Below are positions 45,106 through 59,400 of a stretch of 64,000 bases of DNA, one piece after another. The notes below the pieces were generated by a model that was given only the letters and a program-made list of their open reading frames with translations, had not been told where the DNA came from and made no database searches. Source of the DNA: Anaeromyxobacteraceae bacterium (GTDB taxonomy: Bacteria; Myxococcota; Myxococcia; Myxococcales; Anaeromyxobacteraceae); NCBI GenBank assembly GCA_032654565.1, contig JAULAX010000007.1, positions 96,001 through 160,000 on the forward strand, in the 5' to 3' direction. The translations under genes were made by a program, and so were the position numbers. Numbering within the stretch: the stretch's first letter is position 1; every line of letters begins with the position of its first letter.

Positions 45106-45155
45106 CTGCTCGAGGCTTGCGTCGGCGCCGCTAGAGTCTGGCGCCGACGCGATTG
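45106..45155 (-). repeat. Palindromic dispersed element, copy B
   Basis: Minus strand CAATC-GCGTCGGCGCC-AGACTCTAGC-GGCGCCGACGC-AAGCCTCGAGCAG. Confidence 0.8.
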
Positions 45156-45451
45156 AGGACGGCCAGCGTCGTCTGCAGCACCCCGATGAAGGCCAGCACC
45201 GAGGCGGCGGTGAGCGGCCCCTTGCCGCCGGCCCGCCACCAGAGGCCGAGCGCCGGCAGGGCGATGGCGACGCCCAGCCCGAGCGAGAGGGTGGGGCCGT
45301 GGACCGCCAGCCGCAACCAGCCGAGCGCCAGGGCCAACTCCACGGCGCCGGCCAGCAGGGCGATGCCGGCCAGCACCCGGGAGCCGGCGGCGAGGAAGAG
45401 GTAGGCGGCGGCGGCGACCGAGGAGAGGGCGAGGGCGGTGTGGAGCGGCAT
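45131..45451 (-). CDS. Small hypothetical membrane protein (about 4 TM helices)
   Basis: 106 aa, almost wholly hydrophobic, coding-like codon usage. Confidence 0.7.
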   Translation of the reverse strand: MPLHTALALSSVAAAAYLFLAAGSRVLAGIALLAGAVELALALGWLRLAVHGPTLSLGLGVAIALPALGLWWRAGGKGPLTAASVLAFIGVLQTTLAVLNRVGARL

Positions 45452-45483
45452 GGCGCCGTCATCGCACGGGAGGACTCCTCGAC

Positions 45484-45543
45484 GGCAGGAAGTTTGGACC
45501 AATCTTGCGCTGGCGCCACCAGAAGCCGGCGCCAGCACAATTG
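45484..45543 (-). repeat. Palindromic dispersed element, copy C
   Basis: Minus strand CAATT-GTGCTGGCGCC-GGCTTCTGGT-GGCGCCAGCGC-AAGATTGG...TTCCTGCC. Confidence 0.7.
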
Positions 45544-45593
45544 GGCACGACTGGTTTGACGCCACCCCGCCGGCGGGCCTATCTGTTCCGGCC

Positions 45594-46568
45594 ATGCGCC
45601 TGTTCCGTTCCATCGAGGAGGCCGCCGCCAGCGGGGCCCTGCGAGGCGGGGCCCTGGCCATCGGCAACTTCGACGGCGTCCACCTCGGCCACCGGGCGCT
45701 GCTGGCCCGGGCCCTGGAGCTGGCCGGCGGGCGTGGCGCCGCGGCCGGGGCGCTCACCTTCGAGCCCCACCCGGTCCGGGTGCTCCGCCCCACCCTGGCC
45801 CCGCCGCTGCTCACCCCGCTGCCGCGCAAGCTGGAGCTGCTGGCCGCGGCCGGCGTCGAGGTGGCGGTGGTGCAGCCCTTCGACCTGGCCTGGGCGGCCA
45901 CCCCGGCCGCCGACTTCGTGGCCCGCGACCTGCGCCCGCTGGGCGCCGCCGACGTGGTGGTGGGCTGGGACTTCACCGCGGGTCACGAGCGGGCCCGGGT
46001 CGAGGCGCTGCGGCCGCTGCTGGCCGCCGCCGGCCTGGCCCTGCGGGTGGTCGAGCCGGTGACCGAGGGCGGCCTCACCGTCTCCTCCACCAAGATCCGC
46101 GAGTTCCTGCTGGAGGGGAACGTCGAGGGGGCGGCGTTGCTGCTGGCCCGCCCCTACGACCTGGACGGCGAGGTGGTGCGGGGGGCGGGGCGGGGGCGGG
46201 GGTTCGGCTTCGCCACCGCCAACGTCGCCACCGCGGCCATGCTGCCGGCCCTCGGGGTCTACGCGGTGCGGGTGCTGGTCGGGGGCGGGAGCGCCGGCGG
46301 CGCCGGGGCGGCGGCCCACGACGGGGTCGCCAACGTCGGGGTCAAACCCACCGTCGACGCCTCCGGCCGGGTCAGCGCCGAGGTCCACCTCTTCGACTTC
46401 GACGGGCGCGACCTCTACGGCGAGGCCATCCGCCTGTCCTTCCTGGGGCGGCTGCGGGAGGAGCGGCGCTTCCCCTCGGTGGAGGCGCTGCGGAGCCAGA
46501 TCGCCGCCGACGTGGAGCGGGCCCGGGCGCTGCTCGGGACCGGCGCCGGAGGGGCGGGAGGGCGCTAG
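45594..46568 (+). CDS. ribF: Bifunctional riboflavin kinase/FAD synthetase
   Basis: IGNFDGVHLGH, TFEPHP, VSSTKIR, GFATAN and NVGVKPT motifs. Confidence 0.96.
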   Translation: MRLFRSIEEAAASGALRGGALAIGNFDGVHLGHRALLARALELAGGRGAAAGALTFEPHPVRVLRPTLAPPLLTPLPRKLELLAAAGVEVAVVQPFDLAWAATPAADFVARDLRPLGAADVVVGWDFTAGHERARVEALRPLLAAAGLALRVVEPVTEGGLTVSSTKIREFLLEGNVEGAALLLARPYDLDGEVVRGAGRGRGFGFATANVATAAMLPALGVYAVRVLVGGGSAGGAGAAAHDGVANVGVKPTVDASGRVSAEVHLFDFDGRDLYGEAIRLSFLGRLREERRFPSVEALRSQIAADVERARALLGTGAGGAGGR

Positions 46569-46635
46569 CGCGCCCGGGCCGACGCTGCTAACGTTTGCGC
46601 CCTCTCCACCTCAACGGCAGCGGGGAACTCGACAC

Positions 46636-48342
<1,707 letters not shown>

Positions 48343-48359
48343 GACGCACCGGAGACCTC

Positions 48360-49469
<1,110 letters not shown>

Positions 49470-49480
49470 CGGCCGGGGAT

Positions 49481-49509
49481 TCGACCCGGGGGCGGCGCCG
49501 CGTTAACAT
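49481..49509 (+). promoter_or_regulatory. Possible internal promoter before pilC
   Basis: TCGACC-N17-TAACAT. Confidence 0.4.
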
Positions 49510-49536
49510 CCGCAGCCGCGAACCAACGAGGCGTAC

Positions 49537-50796
49537 ATGGCCCAGGCCGCAGCCGTCACACAGAAGACCAAGGTCGCCAAGCCGGTGCAGAAGACGCCGG
49601 TCTGGAAGTGGACCGGCAAGAGCAAGCAGGGAGAGGTCCGCTCCGGCGAGATCGAGGCCCAGGACGCCGCCGCCGTCGAGGCCCGCCTGCGCCAGATGGG
49701 CATCGAGCCCACCAAGGTGAAGAAGAAGGCGCGGGAGCTGCGCCTCCCCAGCTTCGGCGGCGGAGTCGGCACCAAGGACCTGCTGGTCTTCACCCGCCAG
49801 TTCTCGGTGATGATCGACGCCGGCCTGCCGCTGGTCCAGGCGCTCGACATCATCGGCACCCAGAACGACAACGCCAAGTTCCGCAGCGTGCTGCTGCAGG
49901 TGAAGTCCAAGGTGGAGTCCGGCTCCACGTTCGCCGACGCCCTGGGCGAGCACCCCAAGGTCTTCGACGTCCTCTTCGTGCAGCTGGTCCGCGCCGGCGA
50001 GATCGGCGGCATCCTCGACACCATCCTGCAGCGGCTGGGCGCCTACATCGAGAAGAACGACAAGCTGGCCCGGCGGGTCAGGGGCGCCATGGTCTACCCG
50101 GCCATCGTGCTCACCGTGGCGGTGGGCGTGGTGCTGGTCCTCATCGCCTTCGTCGTCCCCACCTTCGAGAAGATGTTCAAGGACATGGGCGGCTCGCTCC
50201 CGGCGCCCACCCAGTTCCTCATCGACCTCTCCTTCGCCTTCCGGCGCTACTGGTACCTGATCGTCGGCATCCCCGTCGGGATCGGCGTGGCCTTCAAGAT
50301 CTGGACCGCCAAGGGCCGGGGGCAGGAGCTCTGGCACGCCTTCGTGCTCAAGACGCCCATGTTCGGCCCGCTCATCCGCAAGGTGGCGGTGGCCCGCTTC
50401 ACCCGGACGCTGGGCACCATGCTGTCCTCCGGCGTCCCCATCCTCGACGCCCTGGAGATCGTGGCCCGCTCGGCCGGAAACCGGACCATCGAGGACGCCA
50501 TCCTCCACGTCCGCATCAAGATCTCCGAGGGCAAGAACATCGCCGGCCCGCTGGCCGAGACCAACGTCTTCCCTCCCATGGTGGTGCAGATGATCGGCGT
50601 CGGCGAGGCCACCGGCGCCATGGACCAGATGCTCGCCAAGGTGGCCGACTTCTACGACGACGAGGTGGACGTGGCGGTCGGCGCCCTCACCTCGGCCATC
50701 GAGCCGCTGATGATGGTCTTCCTCGGCGGCACCGTCGGCTACTTCATGATCGCCATGTACCTGCCCATCTTCACCATGGCGAGCACGGTCAAGTAG
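49537..50796 (+). CDS. pilC: Type IV pilus platform protein PilC
   Basis: FTRQFSVMIDAGLP, GEIGGILD and AMYLPIF motifs. Confidence 0.96.
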   Translation: MAQAAAVTQKTKVAKPVQKTPVWKWTGKSKQGEVRSGEIEAQDAAAVEARLRQMGIEPTKVKKKARELRLPSFGGGVGTKDLLVFTRQFSVMIDAGLPLVQALDIIGTQNDNAKFRSVLLQVKSKVESGSTFADALGEHPKVFDVLFVQLVRAGEIGGILDTILQRLGAYIEKNDKLARRVRGAMVYPAIVLTVAVGVVLVLIAFVVPTFEKMFKDMGGSLPAPTQFLIDLSFAFRRYWYLIVGIPVGIGVAFKIWTAKGRGQELWHAFVLKTPMFGPLIRKVAVARFTRTLGTMLSSGVPILDALEIVARSAGNRTIEDAILHVRIKISEGKNIAGPLAETNVFPPMVVQMIGVGEATGAMDQMLAKVADFYDDEVDVAVGALTSAIEPLMMVFLGGTVGYFMIAMYLPIFTMASTVK

Positions 50797-50802
50797 CGAC
50801 GC

Positions 50803-52422
50803 ATGGTGTCCCCAGCCGACGCGGCGCTGGGCGAGGCGGCCGCCGACGGCGCCCTCCACAAGAAGCTGGTCTGGCTCACCTTCTTCCGCATCGTCTCGGT
50901 GACGGTGCTGCTGGGCGGCACGGCGCTGGCCAGCTGGCGCGCCTCCGACGCCGACCTCTTCAACAGAGCCCTCTACGGCCTGGTGGTTGGCACCTACCTG
51001 GCGTCGCTGGTCTCGGCCTGGTGGCTCCGGCAGGGCCGGGCCCTGGTGCCGCTGGCCTACGCCCAGCTGGCCCTCGACGTGGCCACCGCCACCGCGGTGG
51101 TGGCCTTCACCGGGTGGGCCGAGAGCGTCTTCGTCTTCATGTACTCGCTCGGCATCGTCAACGGCGCCATCCTGCTCTTCCGGCGCGGGGCCATGACCGG
51201 GCTGGGGCTGGCGCTGCTGGCCTACTTCGGCCTGGAGGCGGTGGTGGCGCCGCGGCTGGGGGCGCTCCCCTGGACGCTGCTCTTCGTCCACGCCGGCGCC
51301 TTCGCCGCCACCGCGGTGCTGGCCGGCTACCTGGCCGAGCAGCTGCGCCGCTCCGACGAGAAGCTGGCCGAGCGCGAGAGCGAGCTGGCCACCATCACCG
51401 CCCTGCACGAGTCGATCGTCCAGTCGGTCAACTCCGGGCTCCTCACCATCGACTCCAGGGGACGGGTCACCTTCCTCAACCGGGCCGGCGAGCAGATGCT
51501 CGGCCACTCCCTCGGCGAGCTGACCGGTCGCCACGCCGAGCGCTTCCTCGGGGCCTTCCGCATCGACACCGCCCGCGGCGAGACCGACCTGGGGCGCGCC
51601 GACGGCAGCCGGGTCCGGCTGGGGTACTCCTCCTTCCCGCTGCTGGGGCGGGGCCGGGCGCCGCTGGGCACCGCGGTGATCTTCCAGGACCTGACCCAGC
51701 TGCGCTCCATGGAGGAGCGGGTGGCGCGCTCCGAGCGGCTCGCCGACCTCGGGCAGCTGGCGGCTGGCCTGGCCCACGAGCTGCGCAACCCGCTGGCCTC
51801 GATGATGGGCTCGGTGGAGCTGCTGCGGAGCGCGCCGCTGCCCAGCGACGACCGACGCCTCCTCGACATCGTGCTGCGCGAGGCGGGGCGCCTCGAGCAC
51901 CTGGTGACCGAGTTCCTCGCCTTCGCCCGCCCGGCGCCACCCCGCCGGGAGCCCTTCGACCTGGCCGGGCTCGCCTCCGAGGCGCTGGAGGCCTTCGAGT
52001 ACGACCCGGCCTCCGCCGGGGTGGAGCTGCGGCGGGAGCTGCAGCCGTCGCCGGCGGTCGGCGATCCCGACCAGCTCCGCCAGGTGCTCTGGAACCTGCT
52101 GCTCAACGCCGCCCAGGCGCTGCCCGCCGCGGCCATCCGCGGCCATCCGCGCGGCTGGGTGCGGGTGGCCTGCGCCCCGGTGCCGGGCGGGGGGGCCGAG
52201 CTGATCGTGGAGGACAACGGCCCGGGCGTCCCGGCGGCCGACCAGGCCCAGGTCTTCACCCCCTTCTTCACCACCAAGCCAGAGGGGACCGGCCTGGGGC
52301 TGGCCACGGTGCACCGGATCGTCGACGCCCACGGCGGTGCCCTGACGCTCGACTCGGCCCCGGGGGAGGGGGCGCGCTTCTCGGTCCGCCTGCCGGCGCC
52401 GCCCGGGGGCGCTCCGGGGTAG
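50803..52422 (+). CDS. pilS: Sensor histidine kinase PilS
   Basis: Six TM segments, PAS-like region, AHELRNPL H-box, N/G/F boxes; pil context. Confidence 0.9.
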   Translation: MVSPADAALGEAAADGALHKKLVWLTFFRIVSVTVLLGGTALASWRASDADLFNRALYGLVVGTYLASLVSAWWLRQGRALVPLAYAQLALDVATATAVVAFTGWAESVFVFMYSLGIVNGAILLFRRGAMTGLGLALLAYFGLEAVVAPRLGALPWTLLFVHAGAFAATAVLAGYLAEQLRRSDEKLAERESELATITALHESIVQSVNSGLLTIDSRGRVTFLNRAGEQMLGHSLGELTGRHAERFLGAFRIDTARGETDLGRADGSRVRLGYSSFPLLGRGRAPLGTAVIFQDLTQLRSMEERVARSERLADLGQLAAGLAHELRNPLASMMGSVELLRSAPLPSDDRRLLDIVLREAGRLEHLVTEFLAFARPAPPRREPFDLAGLASEALEAFEYDPASAGVELRRELQPSPAVGDPDQLRQVLWNLLLNAAQALPAAAIRGHPRGWVRVACAPVPGGGAELIVEDNGPGVPAADQAQVFTPFFTTKPEGTGLGLATVHRIVDAHGGALTLDSAPGEGARFSVRLPAPPGGAPG

Positions 52423-52433
52423 GATCGGCCGGC

Positions 52434-53804
<1,371 letters not shown>

Positions 53805-53805
53805 G

Positions 53806-53832
53806 GGCGCCGCTCGCCTGGTGAGTGGCGCC
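53806..53832. terminator. Hairpin between the convergent pilR and pilY1 genes
   Basis: GGCGCCGCTCGC-CTG-GTGAGTGGCGCC; no U tract. Confidence 0.4.
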
Positions 53833-53855
53833 AGAGGCCTCCCCCGCCGTCCCGG

Positions 53856-56800
53856 TCACTGGCAGGTGGTCGGATCGACGTGCCGGCAGCTGTGGACCTC
53901 GCGCGGCACCTCCAGCCAGTAGAGCGGCTCGGAGATGCTGCTCCTCGTCCCCAGCCCCTGCTTCTCGGCCGGCGTGCCGGTCTCGATCTTCAGGGTCGAG
54001 TAGCTCACCTGCCCCTTCTCGTTCACCACCACCCGGATGGAGCCGGACTGCGGCGGGGCGTAGGCGTTCTTCTGGGCGCCGAAGAAGACGGCGGAGCGGC
54101 CGGCCACCGTCCCGTCGATGCCGCAGTACTGGCGGGGCACGCCGGACCGCACGTCGGCCCTATAGCGAATCGAGGTGGGCGTGCCGGAGCTGGCGGTGCA
54201 GGGGTCGGTGCCGCCGGCGGCGCCGGTGGGCCGGAAGCCCGACCACTCGGTGCAGCCGCGGAAGACCGTGGGCGCCGAGCCCGACTTCTCGTCGGTCCAG
54301 GTGGGCGTGGTGCAGCTGGCCAGCGGGCACCACTTGCCGTAGCTGTACATCCAGCCGTTGTCGGTGTCCTCGGCCCAGCACTTGGTGCTGCCGTCGCGGC
54401 AGGTGGTCTGCAGCCCCATGCCGGTGCCGCTGTCCTGGACCTGGGCCGACGAGGTCTCCACCAGCTGGCAGGTGCGGGTGGCGCCGCCGCAGCCGGTGAA
54501 GGGGACGTCGGTGGAGCGGTTCTTCTCGAAGGCCAGGGCGCTGGCGGCGTCGCTGAAGAGCTTCCAGGTCTCCTTGCCGTAGGCCCAGATGGAGTAGGCG
54601 CGGTTCTGGTTGAGGGGCTGGCCGAGGGCGGCGGTGGAGAAGGCGCTGGGGGAGAACGGGGCGTTGGTGGTGCAGACGCCGTCCGATCCGCAGCTCACCT
54701 TGGCGGTGATGGGCGGCGGCGACCCGGCGGCGCCGCAGCTGAAGGTGAGCGTCACCTGCTGGTTGGTGGCGCCGCAGCTGAAGCCGGCGGCGCAGCCGGT
54801 GGTGGCGGCCGGGGTGTAGGTGAGCGCGCCGGCAGCGCACTGGAAGGTGCCGCCCTGGGTGCAGGAGCCGGCGCCGTAGGTGGAGGAGGCCACCGCGCTG
54901 GCCACAGAGCAGCCCGAGGCGCAGCAGCCGAGCAGGTTGTCGGGCCCGCAGTTGCTGGAGGTCTGCATCAGCTGCTCCTGGTTGCCGCCGCCCACCATGG
55001 TCATGAGCTTGCTGGCACCGGAGAGGAAGTTGGAGGTCATGAAGAAGAACTGCCCGCGGTTGGCGGCGGCGTGGGTGTCGTCGGCCTTGCGGTTGGGCTC
55101 GAAGGTGCGGGCCGCGGTCCAGTTGGTGACCAGGCCGGTGCCCGGGTCCACGGTGCCGGGCTCGTAGAGCCGGGCCACGAAGAGGTTGCCGCCGATGTCA
55201 CCCCAGGTGAGGGTGTCGAAGTAGCCGTCGGTGTCGGGCAGGCCGGAGGCCTGGTCGGCCTTGCCGATGTCCATGCCGCCGATGGTGGCGGCCACCGGCA
55301 GCATGCTGGCCTTGAGGTCGCCGCGCATGGCCTTGAAGGAGGCGTCGGTCCAGCGCCAGAGCACCTGCCCGGTCATGACGTCGACCAGCCAGACCACCCG
55401 GCCGCGCACCAGGGTCGGGTCGTAGCCGCCGTTGAGCGCCACCACCCAGCGCTCCTCGAAGCCGCGGTTGAGCGGGTCCTTGCCGCTGCCCGAGGGCAGC
55501 TTGAGGCGGACCGGCAGGATGGGCGGGGGCCGGGGCGGGAACAGGCTCCAGGTCTGGCCGGCCAGCTTGGAGTCCTCGGTGCAGGACTGCGGGAAGGTCC
55601 AGAGGAACCTGGGGTTGGCGCGGTCGGTGACGTCGAGGGCGGTGAAGTGGGTGCCGCCGCCGCGCTCGGTGATGACGGCGATGGTCCGGAACTCCTCCTT
55701 CTGCTTGGTGCCGTCGCCGTTGCTGTCGTACCAGACGTCGCGGAGCATGGTGTTGCCGTCGACGAAGTAGCGGTGCTGGCTCAGCCCCTCCTTCAGGTTC
55801 GGCAGCATCTCCGGGGGGATGAAGGCCCAGAGCTCGGTCCCGTAGCCGGGGGTGAGCGGGTACTGTCCCTCGCTGTTGGCAGCCTTGGAGGTGTCGGGCA
55901 CGCCGGCGTCGAAGGCGTGGAGCATGCCGTCGTTGGCCCCCACCATCACCAGCTGCTGGATGTTGAGCTTCTCCTTGCGGTGCTGGTCGTAGGCGTCGAG
56001 GGCGCCGTACTTCTCCAGCGGGGTTGGCGTCGAGGCCGAGGTGCCCAGCGCCGAGAAGAGCGTCAGCAGGCACTGGTTGTTGATGCCGATGTTGCAGACG
56101 AACTTGTCGGCCGGGGCCTTCACCACCACCGGGGCGCTGTGGAAGATGTCGCCCAGCTTCCAGAACTCCTGGGCGTTGACGGCGCGCGAGTCGTTGACCC
56201 GGTCGCGCTGCTCGCCGCCGGCGCACCCCTGGGTCATGCACTTCTTGGTGGTGGTGTTGCACTTGGCGGCGCCGCCGCAGTTGGCGTCGCTGGTGCAGGT
56301 CCCCCAGCCGCCGGTGTTGTAGTAGTTGCCGGGGCCGGCGCAGTGGTCGCTGTCCCAGTCCATCACGTCCCAGCCTCGGTAGAAGTTGATGACCTGCTCG
56401 GCGCACTTGGTGCGCACGTTGGCCACGCTGTTGGGGCAGGCCGGCAGCGGCGCGAGGCCGCAGACGCCGATGGTGTTGAGCCAGCTGTTGCACCAGGGGA
56501 CCGCCGCCGGGGTGCCGCTGCTGGGCAGGGCGGTGGCCACGGTCTGGGCCATGGCGGGCAGGTTCATGAGCGGGGCCAGGGCGGCGGCGTTGGCGGCGGT
56601 GAACTCCACCAGGCCGTCGGCGGCGGTGAACTTGCCGTCGGCGTTGACGTCGATGACCGTCTGGATGGTCCGCTTGTTGGTGGCGTTCTCGTCGGCCGAC
56701 CGGTAGCCGGTCTCGGTCGGGTCGGAGAGCACCTTGCCGGCGTCCCAGAAGAGGACGGCGTCGTCAGGGGTGCTGATGAGCTGGTGGGTGGTGGCGTCGA

Positions 56801-58868
56801 AGGCCCCCTTCTTGAAGGAGCCGGCCGAGTCCTCGATGATGGGGTCGCACTCCTTGTCCACCACGTAGGCGCTCTTGCAGATGGCCTTGGCGGTGGCGGG
56901 GTCCTCGTCGCCGTCGATGTTGGGGTTGCGGCTGGCGTAGATGCCGCACTTCACGCCCTTCTGGCCGGTGGTGCCGAAGCTCTCGTCGCACCCCTCGCCG
57001 AACTCGTCGAAGATGCCGGCGGCGAAGAGGTGGCCTTCCCAGAAGGCGCTGTTGTTGGGGCGGAAGCGCCCCAGGTAGGAGTCGACGCCGGAGGTCTTGG
57101 AGGTCTGCAGCGAGTTGGCGTTGGCCGAGGAGAAGGAGGTGGCGCGGGTGACCACGTCGGAGGCGGCCGCCTCGAAGGCGGTCTTGAGCTCCTCGGCGGA
57201 GCCGGTGTTCCGGTAGAAGCCCTTGCCGTTCAAGGCCACCCGGGCCAGCAGCAGGTCGGCCGTGGAGCCGGTGGCGATGCCCAGGCTGATGGTGTAGGTC
57301 TGCACGGTCTGCGGGCGCGGGGCGTTGGCCTGGTCGGTCCGCAGGTCGGTGTTGGCGAGGAAGTAGGAGACCCGGTGCAGCAGGAAGGCGTCCACCGCGC
57401 TGCTCCCGGCGATGACCGCCGGGTTGGTCCACTTCTGGAAGTCGTTGTTGAAGACGGTGTGGGTGGTGTTGGGCGACGAGCCCTTGGGCAGGCCAGTGTC
57501 GCCGGTCGGCTCGCCGTCGGTGACGATGATGACCGCCGACTGCTGGCAGGCCCAGCAGAAGGAGCGCTGGTTCTTCCCGGCGCCGGTCCAGGTGGCGCCC
57601 GCGCCCAGCCCGCCCGCGGAGGTCTCGGAGAAGTTCTGGGCCGCGTTGCTGGTGGAGAGCTTCATCCAGGAGGTGCCGAAGTTGGCCTGGTAGAAGCCGC
57701 TGGAGCCGCCGTTGGAGAAGTACTGGCCGATGTTGTAGAGCGACTCGGCCAGCGGCGTGTAGGAGCTGAACTGGACCAGGCCGGTGTTGTTGACCGAGTC
57801 GATGACCCCCTGGCGGGCGGCGACGAAGGCCGAGGTGACGGCCGGGAAGGCGCCGTCGCAGTTGGGGCCGAGCGGGACGATCAGGGCGCCGCCGTCGCTG
57901 GAGCCGATCTTGGTGCCCATGCTGGTCGAGCCGTCTGCGGCCGGGTTGAAGATGGTGAGGCCGAAGCGGACCATGTCGAGGTTGCCCGGGAGCATGGGGT
58001 CGATCTTGACCAGATCCTTGACCACCCGGCGGGCGGCCACGAACTTGGGCGGGCTCTGGTTGAGGAAGGTGCCGGTGAAGACCGCCTGGTAGTCGCCGCC
58101 GGAGGACTTGAAGAGATAGTAGCCCTTGGTGTTGAGGCAGGTGCGGCACTGGGCCACGTTGGGGGCCATCCCGTTGACGTTGCCGTTGCCGTCGATGGAC
58201 GAGCAGGGGCCGGCGGCGGCGGGCAGGGTCGGGGTGGGATCCGGCTTGTTGTAGGCGTAGGCGCTGGCGATGCCGGGGGCCTCGATCTGGATGGTCCCGG
58301 GGTTGTTCGAACTCCCGGCGTTGAGCTTGAAGTAGCTGGTCTGGCGGTAGAGGCAGGTGTCGACCACATGGTCGCCGGCGGGCGTCGCCGTGGTGGTGCA
58401 GGCCGACGTCCAGGGAGGGGAGTTGGTGAGGGCCGGCAGGGTGTGGGCGGCGTCGTAGTAGGTCCGGTAGGCCGGCTCGGCCGCCACCGCCGGGTTGAGC
58501 GCGGCGGCGGCGGCGGCCTGGTCGAGCCAGGCCCGCGGCACCAGGTCGGTGCCGTTCGGCATGGGGTCGACGGTCGAGTCGCAGCTGCCGTCGTTGTTGA
58601 AGGCGGTCGAGGTGGGGAAGCGGATGGTCTTGGGGAACTGGATCATCGACCCGGAGGAGTCGACCAGCACCATGATGTTGGGCACGCCGCCGGGGATCTT
58701 GAAGAAGACCTCGTCGCCGGTCGGCGACGGGGAGGGGATCTGGTCGGCGGTGTTGCAGCAGGCGGCCTGCGAGGCGGCCGGGACCGGGATGGCGGCGTCG
58801 CCGGCCAGCGGGAGGACGGCGGCGAGGGCCAGGGCCAGGACGAAGAGCTTGAGGTGTCGGGCGCGCAT
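53856..58868 (-). CDS. pilY1: PilY1 type IV pilus adhesin (vWA + beta-propeller)
   Basis: Signal peptide, VLVDSSGSM MIDAS, IVTDGEP, KLGDIFHSAP, GANDGMLHAF, ELWAFIP and YFVDG motifs. Confidence 0.93.
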   Translation of the reverse strand: MRARHLKLFVLALALAAVLPLAGDAAIPVPAASQAACCNTADQIPSPSPTGDEVFFKIPGGVPNIMVLVDSSGSMIQFPKTIRFPTSTAFNNDGSCDSTVDPMPNGTDLVPRAWLDQAAAAAALNPAVAAEPAYRTYYDAAHTLPALTNSPPWTSACTTTATPAGDHVVDTCLYRQTSYFKLNAGSSNNPGTIQIEAPGIASAYAYNKPDPTPTLPAAAGPCSSIDGNGNVNGMAPNVAQCRTCLNTKGYYLFKSSGGDYQAVFTGTFLNQSPPKFVAARRVVKDLVKIDPMLPGNLDMVRFGLTIFNPAADGSTSMGTKIGSSDGGALIVPLGPNCDGAFPAVTSAFVAARQGVIDSVNNTGLVQFSSYTPLAESLYNIGQYFSNGGSSGFYQANFGTSWMKLSTSNAAQNFSETSAGGLGAGATWTGAGKNQRSFCWACQQSAVIIVTDGEPTGDTGLPKGSSPNTTHTVFNNDFQKWTNPAVIAGSSAVDAFLLHRVSYFLANTDLRTDQANAPRPQTVQTYTISLGIATGSTADLLLARVALNGKGFYRNTGSAEELKTAFEAAASDVVTRATSFSSANANSLQTSKTSGVDSYLGRFRPNNSAFWEGHLFAAGIFDEFGEGCDESFGTTGQKGVKCGIYASRNPNIDGDEDPATAKAICKSAYVVDKECDPIIEDSAGSFKKGAFDATTHQLISTPDDAVLFWDAGKVLSDPTETGYRSADENATNKRTIQTVIDVNADGKFTAADGLVEFTAANAAALAPLMNLPAMAQTVATALPSSGTPAAVPWCNSWLNTIGVCGLAPLPACPNSVANVRTKCAEQVINFYRGWDVMDWDSDHCAGPGNYYNTGGWGTCTSDANCGGAAKCNTTTKKCMTQGCAGGEQRDRVNDSRAVNAQEFWKLGDIFHSAPVVVKAPADKFVCNIGINNQCLLTLFSALGTSASTPTPLEKYGALDAYDQHRKEKLNIQQLVMVGANDGMLHAFDAGVPDTSKAANSEGQYPLTPGYGTELWAFIPPEMLPNLKEGLSQHRYFVDGNTMLRDVWYDSNGDGTKQKEEFRTIAVITERGGGTHFTALDVTDRANPRFLWTFPQSCTEDSKLAGQTWSLFPPRPPPILPVRLKLPSGSGKDPLNRGFEERWVVALNGGYDPTLVRGRVVWLVDVMTGQVLWRWTDASFKAMRGDLKASMLPVAATIGGMDIGKADQASGLPDTDGYFDTLTWGDIGGNLFVARLYEPGTVDPGTGLVTNWTAARTFEPNRKADDTHAAANRGQFFFMTSNFLSGASKLMTMVGGGNQEQLMQTSSNCGPDNLLGCCASGCSVASAVASSTYGAGSCTQGGTFQCAAGALTYTPAATTGCAAGFSCGATNQQVTLTFSCGAAGSPPPITAKVSCGSDGVCTTNAPFSPSAFSTAALGQPLNQNRAYSIWAYGKETWKLFSDAASALAFEKNRSTDVPFTGCGGATRTCQLVETSSAQVQDSGTGMGLQTTCRDGSTKCWAEDTDNGWMYSYGKWCPLASCTTPTWTDEKSGSAPTVFRGCTEWSGFRPTGAAGGTDPCTASSGTPTSIRYRADVRSGVPRQYCGIDGTVAGRSAVFFGAQKNAYAPPQSGSIRVVVNEKGQVSYSTLKIETGTPAEKQGLGTRSSISEPLYWLEVPREVHSCRHVDPTTCQ

Positions 58869-58876
58869 GGTGGCTC

Positions 58877-59389
58877 CTAGAGGCCGAACTTCACGGCGTA
58901 TTCGATTTCCATCTGCCGGCCGGAGGTGGGGCTGGACAGATCGCCCTCCTGGCAGTGGACGGTGATCTTGAGCGGCGCTCCGCCGATGTTGCCCGTGAAG
59001 CGGACGGTGTTGGTGGAGTCCTCCTCGTTGTACTGGGTCTGGATCACCCGGGGGCTGAGCAGCTCCACCTGCTTGATGGTGAGGAGCAGCTGGGCCGGGT
59101 CGGCGTCGATGTGGCCGCCCACCGCCTGCATCCGGCCGTCCGGTCCGTCCAGCTTGACGTTGAGGGCTGCGACGTCGACCGGCTGGGTCGGGGAGAGGGC
59201 GTGAAAGCGGCTCTCCAGCAGCTTGCGGGCCGCCTCGGCGCAGGCCGAGAGGGCGTCGGCGCGGGTGCCGGCCAGGGCGCCGGCGGTCTGGCGCTGCGTG
59301 AAGCGGACCATCCCGACGCCGATGACCGCGATGATCAGCACCACGATGGTGGCGATGATGAGGGAGCTGCCGCGTTGCAGGGTGCGCAT
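58877..59389 (-). CDS. pilX: PilX-like minor pilin
   Basis: RG|SSLIIATIVVLII prepilin-like start lacking Glu5; position before pilY1. Confidence 0.8.
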   Translation of the reverse strand: MRTLQRGSSLIIATIVVLIIAVIGVGMVRFTQRQTAGALAGTRADALSACAEAARKLLESRFHALSPTQPVDVAALNVKLDGPDGRMQAVGGHIDADPAQLLLTIKQVELLSPRVIQTQYNEEDSTNTVRFTGNIGGAPLKITVHCQEGDLSSPTSGRQMEIEYAVKFGL

Positions 59390-59400
59390 GGCTCGATTCC

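Noticed and set aside
53880..58880. 1666-aa plus-strand ORF
   Set aside because: Antisense shadow of pilY1.
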